Positions 36,944 to 49,876 of a stretch of DNA of 64,000 nucleotides are shown one piece after another. The notes beneath the pieces were generated by a model. It had not been told where the DNA came from, ran no database searches, and was given only the letters and a program-made list of their open reading frames with translations. Position 1 is the first letter of the stretch. The number at the start of each line of letters is the position of its first letter. The stretch is from Epiperipatus broadwayi (Eukaryota > Animalia > Onychophora): positions 15,624,001 to 15,688,000 of the forward strand of contig JAQFVV010000003.1 of NCBI GenBank assembly GCA_028023455.1. The letters are read 5' to 3'. The translations under genes were made by a program, and so were the position numbers.

Positions 36944-37853
36944 TTTGTCCATGCTACGCATGGAAAAACTGCACCAGTTAGAAGCGATATTGATACTCGC
37001 TTCGTAGTGTTGTTTTATATGCACATTCTTAAAGATCAATAGTGTATAATGTGAAGGTGTGATTAATTTAGAAATCACAACTATTTAAATCTGCTTTCAA
37101 ACTCAAAATTGTTACATTGAATTTCACTCTCTGATAAATCTATGTATTTTTAAATTATTTTCTTTTAAAAATCGATCTCTTTTTTTTCTCTAAAAATGTT
37201 TTTTCTTTTTTTAAAAAAGTAATTTTTACGACTTCTTTTTTACTGCAATCTTTCAAAATTGCTAAAAATCGGTCTGGCAGTATTTCTTTCAGAACTGCAT
37301 TATTTTGAAAGGTGATTGTTTGTAAAACTTTTTTTTTTTATACTTTCAAATAATATTTCCAGTAACTTTTAAACTAATACAAATTACATTTCGGTTTACA
37401 GATCTTTCAATTACTATTTTGCAAACGTGTTATTTTAAAAAGGCTGATAGCGTCTCTAAATGAATTTGCGTGTTGTTGTTACATGCAAACAATAATTCGA
37501 AGATCTGTTCATCAAGAGTTTCTTTCACAATAAATATTTTTAAATTACTGGAGAGAAAGCAAATCAAACTCTCCTTTAAATATATTAAAATATCTATTCA
37601 GTTCAAATTTAAAGGAAGTTTACAGTACAATTTATGTATAAACATACATCTATTATTTGTAATATAAGATCTAAATAAATTTATAAACCTAAAATGCTAA
37701 AAATTTGAAATAATTCACCACAGTCATTTTATTAATTGACATTGATTTTATTTTTAATATACATTTATTAAAATTAATTTATAAATCTTTAAAATTGTTA
37801 CTCTTATTTGGTAGTAAATTATTTTGTTTCCATTTCATATTTTATTTTACTAG

Positions 37854-37973
37854 TTTTGAATGCCAGGTAATGAAAAGAAATGTTAACGTTCCTGGAATCA
37901 GGCATTTATGGAACACTGATGAAAGTAAAAACCATCTGACTCTCCATGGACTTTTGCCAAGTCATACTTACAG
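37854..37973 (+). CDS. FN3-like exon (FECQVMKRNV...HLTLHGLLPSHTY)
   Basis: tattttactAG acceptor, AG|GTAAAT donor, phase 2 to 2. Contains the FN3 L..L.P...Y motif. Confidence 0.85.
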
Positions 37974-38542
37974 GTAAATAGAAATATATATTATTACTAT
38001 TAATTAAAATTGTTACTATTGTCATTGTTATTATAACATACCTTTCTACATTTTATTGCTAATATCAGAAAAAAATTATTAATCACTATTTAAAAATTAT
38101 AATCCATAAAATCCATGTTATCTATTTTACAAATCTTGTTTATTCTATGACTTAAATTTCTCTACATCCATGTATAAAAAATTTATATTCAAACTTTAAT
38201 ATTAGATCAAACTCTGCAAACATACTTAAATAGAAATTGAGGTGTGTTTGATGTGATCTTAACCAGTCTTTTGAACAGTTGGTGACATCAAGTTTATTAA
38301 TAGAAATACATGTCCTGCAAGTAGTTAGTTGATTATTAATTAACATTGCCAAATAAAAGGCCATAAATATCTATAGAGAACATAAATTATTTTATTATGT
38401 AATTTTGTAAGATTTAATTAATTAATATTTATGAATATATTACTCTATAATTCCATTTATGTTTCAACCATATCATATAATCATTTTTTCAAGTTTATTT
38501 TTCTTTATTTATTTATACAAATACTTTCACTTAATTCTATTC

Positions 38543-38608
38543 AATAACTTTTTAACTTGTCTATTTCTAAAGCATATACTTAAGAAATAGACAAGCTAAA
38601 ATGTTATT
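38543..38608. repeat. Hairpin / small palindromic MITE-like core
   Basis: aataactttttaacttgtctatttct ... agaaatagacaagctaaaatgttatt. Confidence 0.6.
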
Positions 38609-38689
38609 AGGTAAAATAAACTGAAAACAATTGAATAAAGAAATAATTGGAAATAAGAGATCTATGAATTAAATTTGCATACCTGTATT

Positions 38690-40020
38690 AGAAAAAGTGC
38701 TACATACCTTATTGTGGAACGTCCATATGATCACCTTTGAAATATTCCCCTTGAGAAGCTATGCAATGATGCCAATGCTAGGTCACTGTTTAAAACAATC
38801 TTGGAATTGTTTTTCTGGAACAGGGGTCAGAGTTATTGTCATGATATCCTTGATATTTTTTTAAATCTTTGGATAAAGAAAAAAGTTATTGAAAGCCAGA
38901 TCAGGTAAATAGTGTTCCAATATACTTTTTTCTTTACTAGCTGAAAAGTTCCTCACAGACAATGCAATATGAACTGGTGCATTATTGTGATGCAAGAGTC
39001 ATAAATTGTTGGTGAAAAAGTCAGGTCATTTTTATCTAATTTTTCCTCATAGTCTTTTCAGGATTTCCAAACAGAAAATTTGGTTAACTATTTGGCTATT
39101 TGGTAAAAATTCATAATGAATAAACTCTGTGTTTTTCTGAAGGTTTGTGATGATGGTGTTCTAGCTGTTTTTTTGTATTGGACTATTTCCATCATCTAAT
39201 ATGTGTGTTGAATGTCTTTAGAAAAGTTTAATTTTAAGTTAAATATTCCAAATGCATTCAACTGTTAGTAATATCACAACAAACAGGTTATTATAAGCAC
39301 CAACTGTTAGTAATATCACAGCAAACATATCACAGCAAACATTTCGAAAATTAAACTTTTCTAAAGACATTCAACACACATATTAGATGATGGAAATAGT
39401 CCAATATAAAAATACTGCAATAAACTCTCTGATATCAAACCATCATTTGACTCTTGATTTGAACTGACAATTTTTTTGGTAGTGAAGAATTGGCTGACTT
39501 CCATTGTGCACTTTGATAGTTTATTTCAGCATGATATTGGTATACCCGTGTTTCATCATCAATAATAATATGGTCCAAAACATTTATCTTGCCTCTCCAA
39601 AGGGTCTTTGCAAACTTCAACTCTCGTGCTTTCTTCATTGGTGAACTCCTTTGAAATCATTTTTACACACATCTTTCTCACATCAATATTTTAGTTAAGA
39701 TTTTTCTGTTTCTCTATCAATATTTACTTGGTCTGCTATACTTCTCACAGTCTGTTAACAATTTTGATGCACAATTCAGTGAATTTTTACAATGTTTTCA
39801 TCAATTTTATTTATTACTGGTTGTCCTGACATATCTTTATTGGTAATATCTTTTCTTTCCTTTGAAGAATGTTTGATCCACTTAAAACTTATTTTTTTGT
39901 AACATATCCCCTTAAATTTGGATAATATGTCCTAAATTTTAACTTCCTGTCTTGCCATATTTAACAAGAAATTTAAAAATTGTTCATTTTTCTAGTTCAA
40001 GCTCCAATATTTTTATGATA
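38690..40020 (-). mobile_element. Decayed mariner-family transposase
   Basis: Minus strand: IFKFLVKYGKTG, IIDDETRVYQY, FIHYEFLPNSQIVNQ, LHHNNAPVH, YLPDLA..FFLYPK, matching the mariner DET, HHDNA and YSPDLAP motifs. TIRs not recognised. Confidence 0.85.
39129..39418. mobile_element. ~290-bp insertion into the mariner, with ~70-bp inverted arms and 10-bp TSD
   Basis: AATAAACTCT at 39119-28 and 39419-28. 39164-39235 is the inverse of 39348-39418. The mariner frame resumes on both sides. Confidence 0.65.
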
Positions 40021-40600
40021 GCTCATGAAACACACTAACAATAATAAATGCATTCCACAGTATAACACCACAAGTTGCTATAAACAGCTGTATGACACTG
40101 ATATACTAAAGATATAAAACTTTGTTGAGTTGTTTATATTAGTTTTGCAATGAAAGCACATTATGGCAAGTTCACAGGCTTATTTGTCAGACTTTATAGA
40201 TTTGAAAATTTTTCTTTCCAAATGTTGTTTGTTCTATAAAGTAAATTTTTCTATATCTTATATGTATATCATTGTATAATTCCATCTATATTTCAGTCAT
40301 CTCCTGTAGCTATTTTCAAGTCTATAAGGGCCGATAATTAAGTTTGTGAACAAATTTGATACCATGTGCTGATTTTGTAAAACAAAAAAAGGAGCTGTTT
40401 ATTTACTAACTTAATAAGTTATTGTTACATAACAGAAAGTTTTTTATTGAATCCATGTGGCATTTCAGATAGTAGGTGTCAATCCTAAAATAAAAGTATA
40501 ATATATACAATAGTTGATGACATTTTATTATTTTTATATATAATAAATTACTTAAATAATAAGTGCAATAATGTTCAAGGCTCAATGGGTTTATAAGTAA

Positions 40601-40949
40601 CCATTACAAACCAGTAAACACTTAGACAATCTCAATATTGATAACAATCAATAATCTCATTTGAAAATTATAAATGGAATTTGTAATGTTATAATTGACT
40701 ATTTATTAGTCTGCACTCAGAACAGGTTATATTTACTTGTTTAATGAGGTTTATTTAAACTTCTTTGTGTCAATAATTCCAATCTCTTTGGTCAAGTTGG
40801 AATCTTTAGTTTCTTTATAAATATATGGGACTATAAATAAAGATGGTATTCCACCTTTATTGTTAAAAGGAGGTTGCCTTGACAACAGTTTGAGATTGTT
40901 GATTGTTATCTATATAGGGATTGTCTAAGTGTTTGCTGGTTTCTAATGG
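40601..40949. mobile_element. MITE-like element with ~55-bp TIRs
   Basis: ccattacaaaccagtaaacacttagacaatc...ataacaatcaataatctca versus tgagattgttgattgttat...gattgtctaagtgtttgctggtttctaatgg. Confidence 0.72.
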
Positions 40950-40979
40950 CACATAGTAAATTGTACACAAGTATATATG

Positions 40980-41158
40980 TGCATTGATGGAATAAATAAA
41001 AATCATTAAACATAGGTGTTATTATTTTACCCAAATGCATTTTCAGTGTGCCCTACCATAATCATGATTAATTATGATTACATGTGGTGCACTAAAAATT
41101 CATTTGGCTAAAATAATAACATGTACATTTAATGATTAATTGTTTCTTTGTCAGTGCA
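40980..41158. repeat. Imperfect palindrome (MITE-like)
   Basis: aatcattaaa..gttattatttt..ccaaatg mirrored by catttgg..aaaataataac..tttaatgatt. Confidence 0.6.
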
Positions 41159-41440
41159 TACATACTAGTGCACAATTTATTATATATATGTAAAATAATG
41201 TTACGTGCTGAAAGTATACTATATATAATAGTTTTAAATTATAATAATGATTTAAAAAATGGACAGTAATAATGTAGAAATTATACTGAAGTTCTTTTAA
41301 TTACTTAAACTTTTATTATTTTCCACATGACTTCAGTTGATAATTTTTACAATTTAAGTAATCAAAAATCTTATGTACAAGTATAATTTCTATATTATTA
41401 CTATTTATTTTTACTATTATTATAATTTAAAATTACATAT

Positions 41441-43002
41441 ATATATACAAAAGACGTATTTTGCAGGTTCATCCAGCTTAAAAAATTTTAAATATTGATA
41501 TACCTACGACGACGTAATAGGCACAATAGGATCTCCAACTCATATCTTAGCTAAATATTTATTGGATTTCATTAAACCTACAATCCCATCTATTAAATCA
41601 TATATTAAAAACTCTTTTTCATTTTATTTCTATTTTAAAAAATTTAAAAATTAATGCTAATGACATTCTGGTCAGTTTTGATGTTGTGTCTTTGTTTACA
41701 AACATTCCAATTGATGAAACTTTAAATGTAATTTCACAACGTTGCAATTTACCAAACCATATTATTGCTTTGATTAAACTTTGTCTCTTGAACATATATT
41801 CTGTATACAATGGATAGCATTACAGGCAAGTTTTTGGTACTCCTATGGGCTCACTTATCTCAGGAATAATAGCTGATTTATTCATGGAAAATATAGAAAC
41901 TCGTGCTTTAGAATCATCATCTTTAAAACCTCTCATTTGGCTCAAATACATAGATGACACTTTCGTCATATGGCAACATGGAAAGATTATTTTTTTTTTT
42001 ACATTTGAATAATATGCATTCTCATATTAAATTTACAATGGAGACAGAATCTGATGGAAAACTCCCATTTCTTGATGTTCTAGTCACCAGCACACCAAAT
42101 AGTTTATCTTTTTCAATTTACAGAAAGAATACACACATGGACAGATATTTACATTTTCATTCTCATCATCACCCAACTCAGATAGTTTCTGTAGCCAAAA
42201 CTCTTTTAAATAGAGCAATTAACCTTTCAGATAAGTCACATCTGAAAGAAGAAATAAATCATATTAATAGTGTTTTATTAGCAAATAGTTATAATTATAA
42301 ATTTATTAAAAAAGCCTTATTTCAAGTCCAAAATGGACAAAATAGGAAACAAAAAGATGATAAATCAGCTATTATGACTTGTGTTCCATATGTAAAAGGA
42401 AGGAACTACAGACAGTATTGTACATATATTAAAATGCTATAATATAGGTACAGCATTTTCTACTCATCAAAAGATCAGCAATATAATAACCAAGCCTAAG
42501 GATTCAATCCCTCTTGAATCTCATGGTGTTTATCAAATCTCATGTAAAAATTGTAAAGCTTCTTACATAGGTATAAGTAATCATCACATCAGTGTTAGGA
42601 GAGATGAGCATGCTAATGCAGTTAAACAACACTCATCATCATCAGCACTCTCACTCCATACTATAAATTCAGGTCATAAAATTGATTTTTCTAGTACCAG
42701 GATCATATCCAGATGTGATAATCTCTACCAGTACAAAATTAGAAAAGCCATTGAGATACTTAAAAGGCCAGATTGTATCAATAAGCGAGATGATACGTGC
42801 AAACTTCCTCCTATTTGGAAAGATTTTTTTAAAAAAACATTCTTAATTTAACATTCAAATCAGTGATTGTAGCGCCTCTACAACCGTCTTTCTCTCTTTT
42901 ATCACCCAGTAGATGTCTTGTTTGATCAAGTTGAAACATCGGTATATCAATAGTTAAAATTTGTTAACACGGATGAACACACAAAATATGTCTTTTGTAT
43001 AT
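41441..43002 (+). mobile_element. Penelope-like retroelement (RT plus GIY-YIG), 5'-truncated, with inverted pLTR copy at the 5' end
   Basis: VSFDVVSLFTNIP, GTPMGS, KYIDDTF, FTME.E.DGKLPFLDV, GVYQISC..C.ASYIG and GHKIDF, with 1 stop and ~2 frameshifts. 41441-41504 is the reverse complement of 42941-43002. Confidence 0.95.
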
Positions 43003-44384
43003 GCAACCCATGAAAATCTTCATATCAACATATATATAAATGTGATGTAATATGGTAATTACAAATCCAGTTTTTAAATAATATTTGAACTCTTCTCTAG
43101 TTGTCTTATTCACTAACTTTTTACAATAAGAAAATGACCATTTTTTTTACTAAATTTTAAATCTTTTTATATAGAGTTATTTAAAACAATAACAGTCAAA
43201 GAGTAATTTTAAGTCTGCCTATATATTTTAATGTAAATTGCTTTTAAAAGAACTGATATTAATTTTATAGAGTAGAGATGTTTCATTCATTTTTAAAAAA
43301 CATAAATATTCACATCATATATGTAATAATAAATAATATTTTTATATTAAATAAATATCATTTTCTTGCTATAAAAAGTTATTAAGTAAATCACGCAGAG
43401 AACAATTCAAATATTAATTTAAAACAAGATTGGTATTTACCACATGACATTATATTTATTCAATATAAAATATTGTTTATCACTATATATATATATATAA
43501 ATTTCTTGCATAATACAATATATTCCTGCATGTTTTATTTGAATATGATATGTAATTTTTGCAGAATTTTGCATCCACTGCTTGAGTAATCTCTGATAGC
43601 TTAACTGATGCCAAGTGTGATTTGGAAAAAATGCCATTACAAAATTTGTATTAACAACAAGCAATTACCTGCATAAACTTGGCTAAAATGTTCAGATAGA
43701 AATAAGTTAATATTAAAATGAAATATGCCTTATGTGGTTGAAAAGAAAACTTTATAATAAATGTATCTTTATCCCGTTTTTATATAATAATCTGAGACTT
43801 GATTACTTAATAGAAAACAAAAACTGCAGACTATACAGTAAACATATAGATATAGATTATGAGGGTAACATGAACATATTAAAAACAAAAATATAGTTAA
43901 GATAACAAATAAATAGCACTGAAGTCATTAAAAAGATAAAGATGAAAGTAAAGATGGGATAAATAGAAGAAAACGATATATAAACAGTCAACTATTAACT
44001 AGGATCCTTGAAGTTATAGAAAACTATGTATATAATAGATAGATGAAATATGAAAGTGTTTGGTCTTAAAGAGAAGCTATAGATCATTGAAATTGAATTA
44101 AATTTAGAGATATTCATTCTAAAGCAGATTGATAATGATTAAAATTTTTAATTTATGATAGTAAACTTAAACATATTTTTCTTTAATCATCATTTATTTG
44201 TTGCCATGGACTACTGATGATCAATTATTAGTAGTAGTGAATAAACTTTTTGATAACAGTGAACTGCTCTTCACAAAACCTTAATTACTTTGATAATGTA
44301 TAGATTTTGTGAAGATTTATTTGCAACAATTAAAAAAAGGTTGACTAAAAATAATATCATGATTAACTTATAAAATTTGATCAT

Positions 44385-44460
44385 TGTGGTTTGGCACAGT
44401 TGGTAGAGGGTCTGACTTGGGATCGGGAAGCTCCAGAATTGATTTTGGCTCTCACAGGTC
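44385..44460 (+). mobile_element. tRNA-derived SINE-like head (not a functional tRNA)
   Basis: A-box TGGCACAGTTGG followed by tagag..gact-tgg-gatc and a decayed B box (ccagaattgattt). Confidence 0.45.
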
Positions 44461-44757
44461 TGGTGCTCAAACTTCTTATAAACTCCCGAGCAATAGAGCT
44501 TAAGCATTTTTAATTGGTTACATCCTGTAGCAAATAAATTGTGTATTCTTATTTTTTCTATTCAAAAGCTGAAACAAACCTCTTTACTTTTCCTTATCAT
44601 CTTTGTACTGCAATATTCATTCTATTTCTTTGTATATTTATTTTTGAAAAATCTATATAATAATAATGATATATTTTATAGTTACTTTAAATAATCAATT
44701 TTCAATGTTAAAATTTGTCCATATTTTATTTAAATTGATTTTTTAAATTTTTTATAG

Positions 44758-44899
44758 TATATATATTGAAGCTCGTTACTATGTTGGTAAAAATGATGAA
44801 TGGTATCAGGACCATATCACATCTGATAAATATCTTTATGTTACACTTGGGCCACCACAATCACCTGTTGTAAATGTTAGTGACATTGGAGAAAATCAG
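44758..44899 (+). CDS. FN3-like exon (IYIEARYY...VTLGPPQSPVVNVSDIGENQ)
   Basis: ttttttatAG acceptor, CAG|GTGAGA donor, phase 2 to 0. F/G strands of one FN3 repeat and the P..P A strand of the next. Confidence 0.9.
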
Positions 44900-46139
44900 G
44901 TGAGAAAGAAATCAACTGAATATGCTTAGCTAAATAATGTTTTTTATTTGTTTTAAAAGTGTATAAACTTATAAAGATTAGATATATTTAAGTTTTATTT
45001 TTTTCTTGCATTTATTAGTGATATAATATTTTATTTTTGATTATAAATTTTGCTATGTAACAATCCAGCAATTTTATGCAATTAATATTATTTTTTGTCT
45101 GCATACAATTACACACAAATATATATGCATATATCTACCCATCTATAAATAATTAAATAAATTTAATATGCTATATTTAGCAAATTGAAGAACAGCATGG
45201 TCTATTTATTCTTTATACTTTTCAATGTAAATAAAACTAAATTTGCAAAACATGTTGAAGTTTTAGAGTGGAATTAATATTGACACCAGATTTAAATATG
45301 AAACAAATAAACAGAAAAAGCATGCATTTAATTAATTAGTGCATTTGCATTTCATTAACTAATACATACACAATTATGAAACAATGATTTTCATGTTTGA
45401 TCTTAATTATGTCATAAGATGAGAAATCATTTAAGTACGGTTTCAAACATTGGAGAAGGATTCAACATTATAGCCTTTAATAATTGCATATTAAACTCAT
45501 GCAGACTGTTTTTACAAGTAATCTTAGCAGCAAGAAAAGTTATATCAGATAATTCAATAAACAATGGCAATCGGTTAAGAAGATACTAGTCATTCATGAA
45601 AGGCTGAAGTTGTATTAAGCCATAGCAACAAAGAAAAGTTTTGCTATCTTATTGTAACCACCATTAAAATGAATGGCTAGATCTTCTAATTACATATTTG
45701 TATCCAATTCTGTCAAAATATAGACTGCCTGCCCATATTTGTGTCTCAATCTGTGAATATGCTTGTCTCTTTTGTAATGTGACTCATGGAATGTAAAAAC
45801 CTAACTCATAATGTATAATAGTGAAATTATAATAAAAGTGTAACTGTTGCCCAAAAAAGAAGAAATTTGTCAGTATAAAGACAGCTCATCAGAAAATATG
45901 TATTGAAAAGAAGTTGAACAGTCTAGGGTGTACATACAATCAGTTTGAACTAGTCTATAAGATGTTAAAAAATCATACATAAATTAGTAAACTTCTAGAA
46001 CTCAAACTCTAAAAATCTATCTTGGTGAGAATGCTTATATCTTTTCATTTAACCCTGTTTATAATTTTTTTATTACTAATTTTATTTTTATCTGTTTTTT
46101 AATTATATATTCTATTATATATTTCATCATTTAGTATGT

Positions 46140-47414
46140 CATCATCATCATCATCAACCATTATCAATCCATTGCAGGATGAAGGTCTCTCCATGTTCAA
46201 TCCATCTTTTCCTATCTTTAGCTTCTCTTCTCCACATCACCCCTGCACACTTTCTTATTTCATCCATCCATCTCACATGTGGTCTCTTTCTGGGTCTTTT
46301 TCAATCTCTTGGAATCCAGTTTCAAATTTCAATGGTCCATCTATTATCATCTCTTCTAACAATATGTCCAGCCCAACTCCACTTCAGTCTTTTAATTTTT
46401 TCAATGAGATCAGTAACACCTGTTTGTTCTCTTACCCATATATTGTGTTTTCGATCCCTTCTTGTTACTCCCAACATACATCTCTCCATACTTCTTTGAA
46501 TGGTCTGAAGTTTCTGTATTGCTCTTCTATTAAGTGTCCAAGTCTCAGATCCATAAGTAAGAACTGGCAAAACACATTTATTAAAAACCTTCCTTTTCAA
46601 ACACATAGGCATATTTCCTTTTAATATCAAGTTATTTCTACCAAAAGCACTCCAGCCAAGTTTAATTTTATGATTAATTTCATCCATTATGTTTCCATCT
46701 GTATTAATAATCTGACCATGGTATTTGTAACTGTTAACTTCTTCTAACTCATCATAATCAATCTTTATTTTCATATTTTGAGAAAATCTATTAAACATTA
46801 CTTTAGTCTTTTTAACATTTATCTTTAGTCCTACTTTCCTACTTTCATCTGATAACTCCTGCAACATTTCCTGTAGCTCTAAAGCATTATTTGCAAAAAC
46901 AACTACACCATCTGCAAAATCTAAATGACTTAAATAATCTCCATTTACTTTCACTCCTTTAGCTTCCCATTTTAATCCACAAAATACTTCTTTCAGCACT
47001 GCTGTAAAAAGTTTTGGAGATATGGAGTCACCCTGTCTTATACCCTTTTCAATGTTGATTTTCCTACTACTATTATGTAATCTAATTGTTGCTGTTGCAT
47101 TTTTATAAATATTCTTTAATTAAAATATGACAATATCCTGGATCTACACCTTGATGATCCAATGCTTTAATCACTGAAGAAATGTTTATAGAATCAAATG
47201 CCTTTTCATAGTCTACAAATCCTAAACATAATGGCAACTCATATTCATTTGTCTTTTCTATAATTTCTCTCAATACCTGGATATTATCTATTGTACTAAA
47301 ACTACTTTTAAATCCAGCTTGTTCTCTTGGTTGGTGGAAATCCAATGTTCTCTGTAGACGAGTTGTAATTATCTTAGTAAAAATTTTGTATAAAACTGAT
47401 AAAAGACTGATAGG
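46140..47414 (-). mobile_element. 5'-truncated RTE-clade LINE with (GAT)n tail and 10-bp TSD
   Basis: REQAGF, FVDYEKAFDS, GIRQGDSISP, HLDFADG, LTYGSETW, WAGH. TSD TTTAGTATGT at 46130-39 and 47415-24. (TCA)n at 46140-46160. Confidence 0.95.
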
Positions 47415-49876
47415 TTTAGTATGTAGGGTGTATTAATATTTGAAACATAATATTTTGTTCATCTTCATTACATAATATATATTTGTATTTAATGAGATTA
47501 GAAACTTGCATTTCAATTTTAGGAGAGAAGTCAGAAGAAAACTTGAGTGCAATTGTTTGTTTACATACATTTAAAATTGTATGCCAATTTATATTGTTGC
47601 TGTTACCAAATATAAATATTTTCATGCATATTTTAGACTGATATCTATCATAGTAAAAATAAGGAATATAATAAATATAGGTGGAGTTTAGAATTATTAT
47701 TTTAAAAATGATATGAAAATTAAAATTATTAATTATTTCTTATAAAACGTGCATTTTCTACCATGTTCAAAAATCTATTTTATAAATTATTTTTTTTGTT
47801 AATACTCAGTGCTTTTGTGCATTTTATTTTCAATTCTATATACCATTTGAATTATTCCATGTTATGTGAGTTGCTTGATAATCAAATATTGAATGTCAAG
47901 TTGACTGAGGGTTATCAGTTACCATTGTAAATAAATCTAGCATTATGGGAAGTAAGTAATTTGGCTACGCATAATGATTATGGATCTATAATTTAGGTTA
48001 TAGGAGGCATTGTCATATTACCCATAAGATAAGATGCTGTAATAATCTAATTTTTCTGAAATGTATAATTGGAGGGTAATGTATTTGTCATTTAGTAGTT
48101 AAACTATTGATAAAATCATCAATAAGCATATTAACAATGAGCAGGGCAATATTGATGATAAATTGGACCATGTGAAGACTATGATATACATTATATAGTC
48201 ATTATGTACCAGACAACCACTTGTTAACTAAAGAATTAATGTTAAAAATGCTAACAAGCAAAATTTTATTATTACAGCAGAATTTGGGTCAGTAACTAGA
48301 TTAACCACCAATCATTATTGACATACAGAGCTACATTAGTTAAAGTATGATCTTAATAAAGTAATATTGATGAAGTGGATATATTTCCCCAGCAATAATT
48401 ATTCTTACTTATTTATCTGGATAAGCAATTAAAGATAAAATTGACTATCACAAATCAGTTTTATTATTTTGAAGGTAAGAATGCTTTTATATTTTTTGGC
48501 ACTACTTTCTGGAAGGAATGATTGTCTATCTATATTACTCCTTAAACAATTGCTTTATCTTAATAAATTTAACATAACTTGATCGTACTTGAAACTCTTT
48601 TTTATGCATTAGCTGAACCACAGTTCACATATATAAATAAATTGCTTGTTATGCAATCAGATTGAGAATTAAATAAAAAATAAGTAATTGTCACTCTTTA
48701 ATTTTAAAATAATTTAATTTTAAAATAACAATTTAATGAATTAATAAATTATGATAAAAAAGAAAATTGAAATATATACAAATCGCATTTGTGTTTCATA
48801 CCAAGTACATTAAGTTATCTTTATATGATGGATGTATATATAAACACATAAATTATATATCTCTGTCTTGGCTTAATATTTTATTTATTTTCCATCTCAA
48901 AAACATATGCACATATTACACAAAGTCATAAAACACATTTTATGAGATAGCTCTTTAAAATAAAAATTTGTATCATTTAGTACCTCATAATATATATATA
49001 TATATTATAAGTGAAGATATACATTTTCTAGAATATTCAAAGGAGAACAAAGAAAAAAAAATTGAAAATGTTACAAATAAATTAATCTATCATCAATTAA
49101 ATGGTAGAATTTTGAAATGTTTTAAATAATAAGGATGCAGTGAAAATTAAGACAGTACCAGTTTTTAGAGGAACCATACTGATATTATCTCTTACACTTT
49201 ACTTTAGTTTAATTTTATTTTACTCTTCTTTTACTCCTGAATGATTTTATTTTAATAATTCACATTTTTGACAATGTTCAAAATAATTACTTTCTTTGCA
49301 GATTAATCTTTCTAACTAAAAAGACTTCCAAATCTTGGGTTTTTCAACCTCTATTTTTTAATATCAGTAAATTGGATGAATTTATTTTTATTTTAATCCA
49401 TTGATTTATTTTTATCTTTCCACATCTTTTTGTGGGTAAACAGGTTATTGGCTCAGGGACATATTTTATCTTGTAGACAATAATAAAATTTTAAAACATT
49501 TTCATGGTTCTACATCCTGTACTAGTGACCATTTCCAGTTGGTAATGATGATAACACAACTAAAAGTGAAAATTAATAAACCATCTTATAATTCAAACCA
49601 ATCATGAATAATCTTCTCATGGGTGTAATTAAAAAATGATAATCATAACTTACAAATCCTCAATGCTGGTTTTGCTTACTCTCCCCAGTAAACACAAGAC
49701 TAACTTCTTTTTCTTGAAGATCTGATAGTTATTAGGAAAGTTTAATTCTGATATCTTCAAACACTAATAGCTAATAATTTACTTCCATCTTTAGCTGCTT
49801 CATTAGTATCTGAAGAGAAATGAAAGAAAACCCAACTACTATAGAATACTGTTATTTTTCAGTTCTTTTATATTTA

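Noticed and set aside
44385-44460. Functional tRNA gene
   Set aside because: B box/T arm and acceptor stem are not intact; kept only as a SINE-like head.
46136-46624. Plus-strand ORFs 46136-46624 and 46179-46499
   Set aside because: Antisense shadows of the RTE reading frame; the poly-Ser start is the (GAT)n tail.
47800-48450. LINE endonuclease remnant (NFIITAEF resembling GDFN); similar hints at 4300-4800, 33500-33900 and 58960-59500
   Set aside because: Single weak motifs in heavily decayed sequence; not enough to annotate.
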